Shown here: positions 49,799-59,869 of the stretch, one piece after another
Layout: the number at the start of each line of letters is the position of its first letter
Numbering within the stretch: position 1 is the first letter of the stretch
Position numbers and translations under genes: made by a program
From: an uncultured Gemmatimonadales bacterium
GTDB lineage: Bacteria; Gemmatimonadota; Gemmatimonadetes; Longimicrobiales; RSA9
Assembly (NCBI GenBank): GCA_963783305.1
Contig: CAWAMW010000017.1
Span: 288,001 to 352,000 of the forward strand
Length of the DNA: 64,000 nucleotides
Direction: 5' to 3'
Notes under the pieces: generated by a model
What the model was told of the DNA's origin: nothing
Seen by the model: the letters and a program-made list of their open reading frames with translations, nothing else
The model's database searches: none

Positions 49799-50523
49799 GC
49801 GTACGTCTCCCGCCGTCCATAGCCCCTGGAGGAGACCTCGACCCGCTCCCTCGTCGCGGCGCAGTGCCAGGTCTCGAACGACCGCGGGGCACGCCGCCCG
49901 AACGACGCCGGGTCCAGCACCGCGACGTTGACCCCGCCCTCCACGTCGCGGGCCGACCGGTAGCGGAACGCCTGCACCGCAGCGTCCCGCATGGCACCGC
50001 CCAGCGCCTGCGTGGCCGAGTAGCTCACGGGCGAGGCCAGCTCGCTGTCGTGCGCCGCGAACGGAGGCGCCGTGAGGTCGATCCCGCGCTCCGTGCGCAC
50101 GCGTGCGCGGAACGCCGTCAGGTCGACTTCCAGAACACCCAGCTCCGCCGCCGTGCCCTCCAGGAATACCAGCCGGTAGTACGCCACCTCGGCGAACACC
50201 GTCCGCAGCGCCTCGCCGCCGTACCAGATGCCGCGCTCCGTACGCGGTCCGAACCGGGAGCCGTGGCGGAGCGGCGGGTACCGGAAGGGGGTGAACAGCA
50301 GGTAGTGCATCCCGGGCGCGGCGCCCGGTCGATGGGCCGGAGCGGCCGGCGCGGGCGGCTTCGCGTCGTCGATCAGCCGCTCCAGCACCTCGTGCTCCGC
50401 GGCCGTGTCCACCAGCCGACGCGTCGCGACCTGGTGCTGGCTCTCCACCGCGCGCCACGGCTCCAGCCGCAGCGGCCGGAGCTCAGAGTCGCCCGCGCAG
50501 CGCGTCCAGATATCCGACGACAT
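49744..50523 (-). CDS. RES domain toxin (NAD+ phosphorylase family)
   Basis: WR.VE.QH, LL.TPFRYPP...GSRF, AEVAYYR, Y.SARD..GG.N. Confidence 0.9.
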   Translation of the reverse strand: MSSDIWTRCAGDSELRPLRLEPWRAVESQHQVATRRLVDTAAEHEVLERLIDDAKPPAPAAPAHRPGAAPGMHYLLFTPFRYPPLRHGSRFGPRTERGIWYGGEALRTVFAEVAYYRLVFLEGTAAELGVLEVDLTAFRARVRTERGIDLTAPPFAAHDSELASPVSYSATQALGGAMRDAAVQAFRYRSARDVEGGVNVAVLDPASFGRRAPRSFETWHCAATRERVEVSSRGYGRRETYAYPREDFLVDGRLPTPAV

Positions 50524-50857
50524 CCACCAGCCCCTCCACACGACGGATCCGCTCCCGCGGCACGCCCGCCACGTGCGCGTTCTCCGCGTTCAGCCACGCC
50601 CGCGCCTTCGACTCCTCTCCCCCAACCATGGCGTCCAGGCTCCGGAACAGCCGCAGGAAGAGCAGCGCCAGCTCGCCCTCCTTGCTCCCCGGGTCGATGG
50701 TCCGGGCCCCGCTCAGCCGCGAGATCGACGCCTCGCTCGTCCCCAGCACCGCCGACAGCTCGCGGTTGCGCATACCCAGCCGCCCGGCCGCCGAGAGGAC
50801 GGCCTTCGTCAGGACCTGGCCGGGCGCGGGCTGGGCCGCGTGAAGGGAGCGGTGCAT
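50483..50857 (-). CDS. Xre/MbcA/ParS-type antitoxin
   Basis: VLTKAV..AA..LG, LG.SEA..SR, LF.RL.RSLDA..GG, W...N. Confidence 0.88.
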   Translation of the reverse strand: MHRSLHAAQPAPGQVLTKAVLSAAGRLGMRNRELSAVLGTSEASISRLSGARTIDPGSKEGELALLFLRLFRSLDAMVGGEESKARAWLNAENAHVAGVPRERIRRVEGLVDVVGYLDALRGRL

Positions 50858-50922
50858 TGTACCTGAAAGATACCGACGGAATATTTCATGTGCAAGCCAA
50901 GGTCACCCGTATGGCTTCCCGT

Positions 50923-51162
50923 ATGGCCAAGATGATCCAGGTTCGGAACGTCCCTGACCCGCTCCACCGGCAGCTGGTGCGGCGAGCGAGGGCGCGAGGG
51001 CAGACGCTCACCGACTACGTGCAGGGGATCCTCGAGCGGGAGGTCGCCCGTCCGCTGGCGGAGGAGGTGTTCGAGCGGGTGGCTTCGCGCAGCTCCGTGC
51101 GCCTGGACCGGCCGGCGGCGGAGCTGCTGGCGGAGGAGCGCGGCTCGCGCCAGGCGTCGTGA
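50923..51162 (+). CDS. Ribbon-helix-helix antitoxin (FitA/VapB-like)
   Basis: MIQVRNVPD.LHR.L..RA...GQ.L.DY; overlaps the vapC start. Confidence 0.85.
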   Translation: MAKMIQVRNVPDPLHRQLVRRARARGQTLTDYVQGILEREVARPLAEEVFERVASRSSVRLDRPAAELLAEERGSRQAS

Positions 51163-51563
51163 AGCCGGTGGTGGTGGACGCGTCCGCCGTCGCCGAGTAC
51201 CTGCTGCGGACGGAGCGGGCCGGACCGATCGAAGCAGTCCTCCGCGACCCGGCGCACGACCTCTCCGTGCCCGCCCTGTGCGACGTGGAGGTCGCGTCCG
51301 TGCTCCGGCGCGCGATTCTCAGCGGGGCGATGGGACCCGAACGGGCGGGCCAGGCGACGGAGGACTACCGCGACCTCCCCCTGACCCGCCACGGCCACCT
51401 CGCCCTCATGGAGCGGATCCTGGAGCTCCGCGACGACTTCTCACCCTACGACGCCGCCTACGTCGCCCTCGCCGAGCGGCTGGGCGCGACGCTGCTGACC
51501 GGGGACCGGGCGCTCGGACGGGCGGTGGACCGGCACCTGGCACTGGAAGTCATGACGGCGTAG
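51159..51563 (+). CDS. vapC: PIN domain toxin
   Basis: VVDASAV, EV.S.LRR, YDAAYVALAE, LLT.D..L. Confidence 0.92.
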   Translation: MKPVVVDASAVAEYLLRTERAGPIEAVLRDPAHDLSVPALCDVEVASVLRRAILSGAMGPERAGQATEDYRDLPLTRHGHLALMERILELRDDFSPYDAAYVALAERLGATLLTGDRALGRAVDRHLALEVMTA

Positions 51564-52773
51564 CGACGACGACCTCGTCGCCGGGGCGCTCGCCGGCCTC
51601 CAGACCCTCCAGAAGCGACAGCAGTCCGGCGGCTTCCCAGGCCTGATTCCGGCGTTTTCGGGTGACCGGCAGAAGAACTCCGGCCTGCTGGAGGCTCTCC
51701 AGTCCCTGGTAAACCCGCGGCTTGGCTCGACCCGTTGCGGCCGCCGCCACCGGAGCCGTGATGATCGGGTGCGCGGGAAGGACGTCGATGATCGCCCAGG
51801 CGGCCGCATCGGACCGGGGCGCGCTCGGCAGCTTCCCCAGCGCCGACTTCCACTGGCTTGTGAGGTCAGCCACGGCCCGCAGGTATTGAGAGGCGAGGTT
51901 CGCGCTCGTGGCCGTCGCGGCGGCGAAATGATCGATCCAGCGGGCGACGTCATCCTCACGGTACGCCGTCAGGCCGGCGATGTAGCGATCCCTGTTGTTG
52001 GCCAGCACGACGCTGATCGGTGGCACGTACTCGGGTGCAATGCCGCGCCGGTTCAGCACGACGTGGATCAGCGCGCGGCCGGTTCGGCCGTTTCCGTCGT
52101 GAAAGGGGTGGATGGTCTCGAACTGCGCGTGGACAAGCGCCGCCTGTACCAGCGGTGGCAGGCGGTCGTCCTGCATGGCGCCGAAGAGGTCGTCCAGCAG
52201 ATCGGGCACGTGCTCCGGAGGCGGGGGCACGAAGTCGGCCCCGCACGGGGTGTAGTCGTTCCCGCCGATCCAGTTCTGCTCCTCCCTGATCCTGCCCGCG
52301 AGCCGCGGGTTGGTGCTGCCCTCCATCACACGACAATGAATCGCCTCGAGCTCCGTACGGCCGAACCGCGCCGCACCGGCCGCTTCGTCGATCGCCAGCC
52401 GCATCGCGTCGATGTTGGCGAGGATCTCTTCCGCCGTGGCGCCCGCCTTGCCACCGGTTTCCAGCTTCGCCTCCGCGCGCGCGAGCTTCCGCACGCCCAT
52501 CTGCATGCCCTCCACCTTCGAAGAGGCAATGGACTCGGTACGCAGAAGCAGCCGCGCGAGCGGTGCCAGCGCCGGGCGAGCACTCGCGTTGAGATCCCGC
52601 ACCGCCGCCTCGGCCTCCGATACCACTCCCGCCAGCTCGCCACCGAGCGTGAGATCCACCGCTGACAAGGGATCGGGGATGTACGCCTGGTATCGGCACG
52701 CACGCCGATACTTCCGCGGGGCCGGACTCCGCGGATCGTGCTCCCACGTCATTTCTACCCAGCGCCCGCCCAT
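51550..52773 (-). CDS. Fic family protein
   Basis: ES..SS..EG and HPFHDGNGRTGR Fic motif. Confidence 0.93.
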   Translation of the reverse strand: MGGRWVEMTWEHDPRSPAPRKYRRACRYQAYIPDPLSAVDLTLGGELAGVVSEAEAAVRDLNASARPALAPLARLLLRTESIASSKVEGMQMGVRKLARAEAKLETGGKAGATAEEILANIDAMRLAIDEAAGAARFGRTELEAIHCRVMEGSTNPRLAGRIREEQNWIGGNDYTPCGADFVPPPPEHVPDLLDDLFGAMQDDRLPPLVQAALVHAQFETIHPFHDGNGRTGRALIHVVLNRRGIAPEYVPPISVVLANNRDRYIAGLTAYREDDVARWIDHFAAATATSANLASQYLRAVADLTSQWKSALGKLPSAPRSDAAAWAIIDVLPAHPIITAPVAAAATGRAKPRVYQGLESLQQAGVLLPVTRKRRNQAWEAAGLLSLLEGLEAGERPGDEVVVATPS

Positions 52774-52810
52774 GTCTCGGCCCTTCTAAACGAAACTGCC
52801 CGGATCGCGC

Positions 52811-52860
52811 TAGTTACACTTGTGATATATGTGTAACTAACCACGATCCAAAGTTACACT
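52811..52860. promoter_or_regulatory. Inverted repeat plus extra half-site upstream of fic
   Basis: TAGTTACAC-N11-GTGTAACTA and AGTTACACT at 52852. Confidence 0.55.
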
Positions 52861-52912
52861 TCCATGGGGCAGAAGAACAGAACGGCGGAATCGAGGGTCC
52901 GAGCCGGCGCGC

Positions 52913-53963
52913 TTACCTGCCGTCCGACGGCGCCACCACCGCCTCGCAGTGCGCCGGCATCTCCAGCCGCAGCCACGCGCGCACGCGTCCGCCGCACAGG
53001 TATGGCCGGATCGTGATGGGCTCGGCGGACGTGGTGTCCAGGACGACGTGGACCCAGCCGACGTCCGGCTCGCCGAACGTCTGGAGCCGCCGCACGTTCT
53101 CGAGCGTCCGCCCCGTGGCCGGGTCCCGTAGCGGCCGGTCCCAGGTCAGCTCGTGCCAGTCGCCGTGGACGAGGAGCACGCGGCCGCCCCAGCCGGCGGC
53201 GGACGCGGCCCCGCGGGCGAGGGCGGCGATGAAGGGGGCGAACGGGTCGTCGTCGAAGGGCGCGCCGTGGAACGCGATCACCACCACCGGCGACGCCAGC
53301 TCCCGCGCCCGCTCGAACGCCGACCCGACCCACGCCACCGCCGCCGCCGTCCGCGCCTCCACCGCGCTGTCGTGCCCCGCCGTCCGGCCCCGGAACCGGT
53401 CCATGCCGTTGCCCGACCCGACGATGTGCGCCGTCGCGACCACCACCGACCCCAGCTCGAAGCGCGCGTGCTCCGGGTACGGCAGCCCGGCGGCCGAGTC
53501 CTGCGTCACGAACCCCGGCAGGCGACGGTTCCCGGCCGCCCACTCCCCGGCGTAGAACACCCGCCGCAGCGACGCCAGCCGCTCCAGCGGGTCCACGCCC
53601 CGGCGGTGGCAGTCCGTCCACTCGTTGTCGCCCGGCGTGTAGACGACCGGCACCGACGCCGGCAGCCGCTCCAGCTGGCGACGCCGCTCCTCGTAGCTCC
53701 CGTCCGTGCAGCTGTCCGTGTCGATGTCGCCCACGTGCAGCAGGAAGTCCGGCGCCACCCGGGCGATGTCGTCCAGGAGCACGTCGACCTGCCGCTCGGC
53801 GGGGGCGGTGTAGGGGCCGTCGCCGAAGACGGCAAAGGAGATGGCGTTGGGCGGCGATGGATCGGGCGAGAACCTCGCCGGTGTCGGCGCACGCCGAGAG
53901 GGGCAGGAGAAGTGCGCCCACGGCCAGGAAGCCGTGAGGGGGGTGTGCAATACGTGATGCCAT
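52913..53963 (-). CDS. Calcineurin-like metallophosphoesterase lipoprotein; frameshift near the 5' end
   Basis: FGDGPY, HVGDI, TPGDNEWTDC, VHGD.H; the LSAC lipobox signal lies in a different frame. Confidence 0.75.
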
Positions 53964-53970
53964 GATTGCA

Positions 53971-54981
53971 CTACTCCGGTTTCTTCTTCCGCTCGTGCGC
54001 CTCATGAACTCGTCCCGCGAAGTATGCGAGCGCCATCTGGATGACTTCTTTCGTCCTGGGAGTTTCCTTGTAGCGGTTTCGCTCGAACACCACGTTGGCG
54101 ATGTCTTCGCCTTCCACGACCAGGAGCCGCGAGTCATCGTTTGCATCGCGATTCCCGGAGACGGTTGTCATGCCTATCGGTCGTTCGTCGATGGAGACGG
54201 CGGATTTCTGCTCCAGGAGTCGCAGATACCCGCGCTGCGGGCCGGTCAGCACCACGTACGAGAACCGGCCGTCCCGCGCCAACGCAAAGTCCCGTAGGAC
54301 GCCACGGTACAGGAGAACCCGATCCTCGGCGCGAACATGCGTAAGCAGGTACGCGAACGTGAAGGCGTCTCCGGACTGCTCTGGTTTGATGGCGAGTCGG
54401 TACACCCAGGGATGCTGCGCGAGGAAGCGAAGTCGGCCGTGTAAGACCTGCGTCCCAGCGAACCATCCCACCAGGAGCCCGGCCGCGCTGGACACGCCGA
54501 GATACAGGAGGATGCGGGAAGAGTTGACCGTGAGGTTCTGGGCGAGCGCGTGCAGGGAAACGTGGTCCTCTGCACCCTGGAGCTGGAACGCGGCCAGCAA
54601 AATCAGGGTGTCGACGCAAAACGCCGACCCGCCGGCGACCCAGAGATACAGGGCCACGCCGCCACCGAGGGCGGCAGCTATCGTCAGCCACCAGCGCGCC
54701 GTTCCCGCCTGACGGAAGAGCCAGGCGCCCCCGGCCAGGGATATCGCGGCAAACGCCAGCAGCGCGACCAAAGTCCCATCGGCCAGGCACAAGTTCCTGA
54801 GCGCGACGAAGAGAGCTCCGTGGATGGCGACGGAGATCAGGATGGTCCCCGCCAGCTGTCCGAGTACCGAACGCGGGGCCGCATCCCGCGTGAACTTCTC
54901 GGGCATGTAGATGCCCACGAAGAACAGGAAGCCCGGGAGGAGGAAGGCGAGCAGGGCAACAGTGCCCCAGGCTAAGGACAT
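53971..54981 (-). CDS. Hypothetical multi-TM protein
   Basis: 336-aa ORF; LLPGFLF N-terminal pattern, several TMs, soluble LYRG.L..F C-terminal domain. Confidence 0.7.
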   Translation of the reverse strand: MSLAWGTVALLAFLLPGFLFFVGIYMPEKFTRDAAPRSVLGQLAGTILISVAIHGALFVALRNLCLADGTLVALLAFAAISLAGGAWLFRQAGTARWWLTIAAALGGGVALYLWVAGGSAFCVDTLILLAAFQLQGAEDHVSLHALAQNLTVNSSRILLYLGVSSAAGLLVGWFAGTQVLHGRLRFLAQHPWVYRLAIKPEQSGDAFTFAYLLTHVRAEDRVLLYRGVLRDFALARDGRFSYVVLTGPQRGYLRLLEQKSAVSIDERPIGMTTVSGNRDANDDSRLLVVEGEDIANVVFERNRYKETPRTKEVIQMALAYFAGRVHEAHERKKKPE

Positions 54982-55040
54982 GGCCGGCGATCAGTTGGGG
55001 GGGGGGCGGTCCGCAAACCGCAGAAGAACGGAGGGTCCAG

Positions 55041-55268
55041 CTAAACGGCTGCGGCCTCGCCAGAACCAACTTCCTGACGGACCCGGGCCGCCACAGCGCC
55101 CAGACCGCGGCTCTCGAGGATCTCGTAAATGACATCCTCGATGGCCGGCGGCTCACCCGCCTCGCGAGGGGCGTTCTTGAAGGCCTCTTCGACCAGACCG
55201 ACGTCCCCGCCCGCGATCTTGAGCAACTGGTCCATCAGCCGCTCCTGCTGGCCACTCATGACTGTCAT
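55041..55268 (-). CDS. Small hypothetical protein
   Basis: GAGGAGG RBS; compact helical 75-aa ORF co-oriented with the downstream gene. Confidence 0.6.
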   Translation of the reverse strand: MTVMSGQQERLMDQLLKIAGGDVGLVEEAFKNAPREAGEPPAIEDVIYEILESRGLGAVAARVRQEVGSGEAAAV

Positions 55269-55516
55269 GCCGGCCTCCTCTTCGTTCGTGGTTCCGGGTG
55301 ATATTCTACCCGACCAGACACAACGTGTTGCAACTCTCTGGCCGCAGTGGCACCGACCCGATCACCGCCGCTTTCGAGTATGGTCCGGGGCACCGCGGAA
55401 GGCAATGGTACGATGAGCCATTGCCGCCGCTGACTTCTGGACCGTCACCACCCGCGCGGTCTTGCGGATCGCCTCCTGACCCTTGGCGCTCCGGAAGATG
55501 TCGGCCGGGGACACGC

Positions 55517-55762
55517 TCACGCCGGAGCGCCGCGCAGCAGGCCCTCCGTGCTCAGATCCTCGTCCAGGTCCGGCCAGTGGATTCCGAAGCCGGCACCCGC
55601 GATCCGCCAGTTTGCGCGCGCGGCCGGCGGGGCGTGCAGCAGGCGGGGATACCAGGAGAGCGGGACGGTAATGGTGCGGCCGTCGGCGAGGTCGACGCTC
55701 ATGGTGTCGTCGTCGAACCGCACGTCCTTGACCCGTGCGCCCTCAGATCCCGAAGTAGTCAT
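55517..55762 (-). CDS. DUF2442 family protein
   Basis: V.L.DGR.I.VPL.WYPRL..A...R.NW...G.G.GIHWPDLDEDLS. Confidence 0.9.
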   Translation of the reverse strand: MTTSGSEGARVKDVRFDDDTMSVDLADGRTITVPLSWYPRLLHAPPAARANWRIAGAGFGIHWPDLDEDLSTEGLLRGAPA

Positions 55763-55810
55763 GCCACCAAAACTTGGCCAAGCACGCGTCACGGTCAATG
55801 TGCACGTGTG
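55743..55810 (-). pseudogene. Remnant of the DUF4160 partner gene
   Basis: The minus frame reads PHVHIDRDACLAKFW-WHDYFGI*, overlapping the DUF2442 start. Confidence 0.7.
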
Positions 55811-55873
55811 GCGTACGTCCGGATCGACGTGTTCCCATTGCTTTTCACTCACCGCGACCCGATTCATCCCCTC

Positions 55874-58222
55874 ATGACACGACTCCCCCCTGGTCCGGCC
55901 CGCGCCACAGTTGTCTCCCTCGTGCTGGCGACCGCCCTCGCCCTGTCCGCATGCACTCCCGCCGCTCCCGCAGCGACGGCGGCCGCCGCCAGCCCTACGA
56001 CCCCCGAACACGGCCTCGCACGCCCCGAACCCCGAGCCGTCATCCACCGCGACGCCTGGGGTGTCCCGCACGTGCTGGCGGACACCGACGAGGGCGCGGT
56101 CTTCGGGATGGCGTGGGCGCTGGCGGAGGACGACTGGCGGCTGATCGAGGAGAACTACCTGCACGCGCTGGGTCGCTCAGCGGAGCTGGCGGGGGACGAC
56201 GGGGTGCGGGACGACTGGATGGCGCGCACGCTGGAGATCGTGCCGCTGTCGGTGGCGGAATACGACGCCGCGTCGCCCCGGCTCCGCGGGCTCCTGGACG
56301 CCTTCGCCGACGGGCTGAACTCGTGGCTCGAATCGCGTCCGCGGGAGGAGCTGCGCATCCTCACCCGGGTGGAGCCGTGGTACCCGCTCGCGCTGATCCG
56401 CTACAAGTACTACCAGAACGAGTTCCTGGGCTACGCGGGCCTCCGCGGCGCGTGGGCCGAGCGGCTGTTCGACCGGGGGCTGGGCGACACGCCGTCGAAG
56501 GTGGCGTCGTCGAGCGGGTGGTCGGACGGCGGGCCACCGTCGAAGGCGTATTACGAGGCGCAGTTCGACGAGCTCGGGTTCCGCCCCCGGGGGTCGAACC
56601 AGTGGGCGCTGGCGCCGTCGCGTACGGCGAGCGGCCACGCCATGCTGCTGATCAACCCGCACCAGTCGTTCGTGGGCGTGCAGCGGTACGCCGAGATCCA
56701 CCTGGACAGCCGGGAGGGGCTGCGCTTCTCGGGGCTCACCGTGTTCGGGTTCCTGCTCCCGTACATGGGCCACAATCCAGCGCTGGGCTGGGCCTACACC
56801 GACAACTACGCCGACCACAGCGACCTCTGGGCCACCGCCTTCGACGACCCGGGCGACGCGCTCCGCTACCGGTACGACGACGGCTGGCGCACCGCCAGCA
56901 CCTGGATCGATACCCTCCGCGTCCGCACCGGCTCGGGGATGGAGACCCGCGTGTTCCGGCACTGGAAGACGCACCACGGCTCCATCGTCGGGATCGACGA
57001 CGACGGGCGGCCGCTGGCGGTGCGGATGGCCCGGTACGAGGAGGGCGGCTGGTACGACCAGTGGGACGCCATGATCCGGGCCGGGTCGCTGGACGAATGG
57101 CGCGCGGCCGTCGCCATGCTCCGGGTCGCCTACATGAACACCATGTACGCCGACCGCGAGGGCAACATCGGCTACATCTACAACTCCGCCGTGCCGCGCC
57201 GCGCCCCGGGCGTGGACCCGGGCGAGGTCCTGGACGGCAGCGACCCGGCGACCGAGTGGCGGGGCTTCCACGACCTGGACGAGCTGCCCCAGGTCTGGAA
57301 CCCCGACACCGGCTGGCTCCTCAACACCAACTCCACCCCCTACACCGTCACCACCGGCCTCGCCATGGGGCGGGGCGACTTCCCCCACTACATGGTCGGA
57401 TTCGAGCACGACAACGTCCGGGCCGTCAGCTCCCGGCGCGTCCTCCGCGACCTCGAGGGGGTGACGCTCGACGACTTCGCCTCGCGCGTCTGGGACAGCT
57501 GGCTGAGCGTGGCCGACGAGGACATCATCCCCGCGCTGATGGAGGAGTGGGCCGCCACCTCGTTCCCGGCCGACGACCCCGCCGGCGCCGAGCTCGCCCG
57601 CGCCATCGACCGGCTGGCCCGCTGGGACCGCGTCGCCGACACCGCGTCGGTGGAGACCACCTGGCTCACGCTCACGATGGAGCGATGGGGGGCGCTCGGG
57701 GTCGATCCACCCCTGACGGTGGCCATGCTGGCCGACGTGCTGAGCTCATTGCGCGAGGAGTGGGGCACCACCGAAGTCGCCTGGGGCCGGATCAACCGAC
57801 ACCAGCGCCCGCTACCCGGCGAGCCCGCCCGCGCCCTCGACCCCGACCGGCCGAGCCTCCCGGTGGGCGGCGCCAGCGGCGGGTTCGGCTCGGTGTTCAG
57901 CTACTGGAGCGTCCCCGTCGACGGCCCCGCCGGCCTGCGGATCGGCGTGGGCGGCAACTCGTTCGTCAAGGTCATCGAGTTCGGCCCGACGCCCACCGCC
58001 CGGTCCGTGCTGAACTACGGCCAGAGCGGGGACCCCGGCTCGAGACACTTCTTCGACCAGGCGGAGCTGTACGTCCGGCGGGCGTTCAAGCCGGCGTGGT
58101 TCACGCGGGCGGAGGTGGAAGGGAATGCGGTGCGGTCGTACGGGGTGGGAGGGGCGAAGCGGCGTCGACGAGACGGGCGCGGCACATCCGCTCGACGAAA
58201 GCCGGCCGCCGAGTCTGCGTAG
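55874..58222 (+). CDS. Penicillin acylase / AHL acylase family Ntn hydrolase (lipoprotein); 3' end uncertain
   Basis: LSAC lipobox, RD.WGVPH, GSNQWA (catalytic Ser), LL.NPH, N..YAD..GNI, YGQSG.P.S.HF.DQ. Confidence 0.92.
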   Translation: MTRLPPGPARATVVSLVLATALALSACTPAAPAATAAAASPTTPEHGLARPEPRAVIHRDAWGVPHVLADTDEGAVFGMAWALAEDDWRLIEENYLHALGRSAELAGDDGVRDDWMARTLEIVPLSVAEYDAASPRLRGLLDAFADGLNSWLESRPREELRILTRVEPWYPLALIRYKYYQNEFLGYAGLRGAWAERLFDRGLGDTPSKVASSSGWSDGGPPSKAYYEAQFDELGFRPRGSNQWALAPSRTASGHAMLLINPHQSFVGVQRYAEIHLDSREGLRFSGLTVFGFLLPYMGHNPALGWAYTDNYADHSDLWATAFDDPGDALRYRYDDGWRTASTWIDTLRVRTGSGMETRVFRHWKTHHGSIVGIDDDGRPLAVRMARYEEGGWYDQWDAMIRAGSLDEWRAAVAMLRVAYMNTMYADREGNIGYIYNSAVPRRAPGVDPGEVLDGSDPATEWRGFHDLDELPQVWNPDTGWLLNTNSTPYTVTTGLAMGRGDFPHYMVGFEHDNVRAVSSRRVLRDLEGVTLDDFASRVWDSWLSVADEDIIPALMEEWAATSFPADDPAGAELARAIDRLARWDRVADTASVETTWLTLTMERWGALGVDPPLTVAMLADVLSSLREEWGTTEVAWGRINRHQRPLPGEPARALDPDRPSLPVGGASGGFGSVFSYWSVPVDGPAGLRIGVGGNSFVKVIEFGPTPTARSVLNYGQSGDPGSRHFFDQAELYVRRAFKPAWFTRAEVEGNAVRSYGVGGAKRRRRDGRGTSARRKPAAESA

Positions 58223-58537
58223 GAGCCGGCAACGACGGTTGCCGCTCCCACCCCGGTGAAGAACACGCGCAGCGACGGCAGCCGAGCTGGCGACAACGCT
58301 CCGCGTTGCTCCGTCGTGCAGCGGCTCGGTGTAATGTCGCGCGCGTGAGAGAGGGATTCCGGTCTTCGACTTGTGTAGGGGTAAGTCGCCTGCCGCTCGG
58401 ACGTTGGGTGGTTGTAGGGGCCGACGCAAAGACGGCGAGGATATGGCGTTGGTGGGGAGCGGGGCGTGGCCGGCATCGGCGCACGCGGCGAAGACAATGA
58501 GGATTGGCCAGGCGCCGGGCTTCAGCATTCTGCTCAT
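58190..58537 (-). pseudogene. Degenerate partial copy of the 52913-53963 metallophosphoesterase
   Basis: AACAD...NAIS..GPY...ERQ plus nucleotide-level similarity with many small deletions. Confidence 0.7.
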
Positions 58538-59865
58538 TCGGCTCCTGACGATACGTGGGACGGGACGCTAGTTACATATATGATGCGTCCGTAACTTTCC
58601 CCAAAGAAGACCTGCCTGTGAAAACGCACATCCGGAGGCAGTAAGCGTAGGCTCAAGGTCGATAAGAAAAAGATGAACGGACTACTGTCAATCATCGTGC
58701 TTATTAAAGGGCGGAGGTCCAGGCCGAAGTCTACCAGCCAATGGAAAGAGAACGCCGACGCTCCTGTATCACTTAGATATACAAGGTCGAGTAGATCCAA
58801 CATGAACTCGACTGTCTCCCGGCTCAGTTGTCATGCACGACAGGACTTAGTGCTTGCAATCCACTACAACATCACGCTCTTCCCGCAGCGTGTAGAGACC
58901 GACCGCCTGAACTCGACGCAATTGACCTACCCACAGCGACCTGAACTGAAGAAGATTGGCACTATACCAGAAGTAGAAGTATAGAACTACAGCTAGCTCA
59001 GAACGACAATACAGTGTAACAGATCGATCCGTACAAAGACCAACGAATTGTATTTTAGCAAGGATCAGCGGCGAAATCGACTGGTGTTAGGAACACCTCA
59101 CAGGTGATACTCAGACTCTTCACTCTAACATCAATCGGCTGAGAATTGAATTTTCGCGGAGCCGCAAACCTCCGGTACTGGTGCTTCACAACAGGGAAAG
59201 CAGCAAGAAAAAAGAAAGAAAAAGAAGAAAAAGGAAGCAAAGAAAGAAAGACGAAGAACAGCACGGAAGTGGAAAAGGGCAGCGAGGACTCAAGGTCGAT
59301 AGCTGCAAAAGGAGCTCAGTTCTGAATTGCCGCTTGTTAAGATCATGGCTTGCTTGTAGTTCTGATGTGAGCGGTTAAAAAGCTGCTGAATAGACCGGTA
59401 TAGATTCTTGTAAGGATTACCATTGGGTCCACGGTTATAGCATTCTCGAACCTTCGACATTCCCGGTCCGTCTTTGCTAAGATCCTCCTTAACTGTCTAA
59501 CAACTCTTTCTTCTCGACTTCACTGAAAGACGCCGAGCTGACGAGCAAGATCTCAGTTCTGAAATTCAAACCTGATGTCGACGAAGACTTTGGGTGTCCG
59601 AAGAGTCCACTCCCAGTGGATCAGGTTGTCCGAGTCGTCACTGCGAAGAAAGTTCTGTATTACGTTGGGTGGGCTGAACCGAGCGAGATAGCAATAAGGT
59701 CTGCTGGCCTGATTTCATTCTCTATTATCCAGCGGTACTGTACTTTGACTGCGGGTTAGCGGTAAACAGCTCTGCGATCTCCTTCTGACTAATGTTTCCC
59801 AACTAGAGAGGTATTCTGAGTCCACCATACCGTTGAAACCAGTGAGTGGGAATTTCTGATTCCAT
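58534..59865 (-). pseudogene. Multiply frameshifted hypothetical protein gene (about 440 codons)
   Basis: Protein-like fragments in shifting frames (YCYLARFSPPNVIQNFLRSDDSDNLIHWEWTL; QPIDVRVKSLSITCE); ATG at 59865. Confidence 0.5.
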
Positions 59866-59869
59866 GGCC

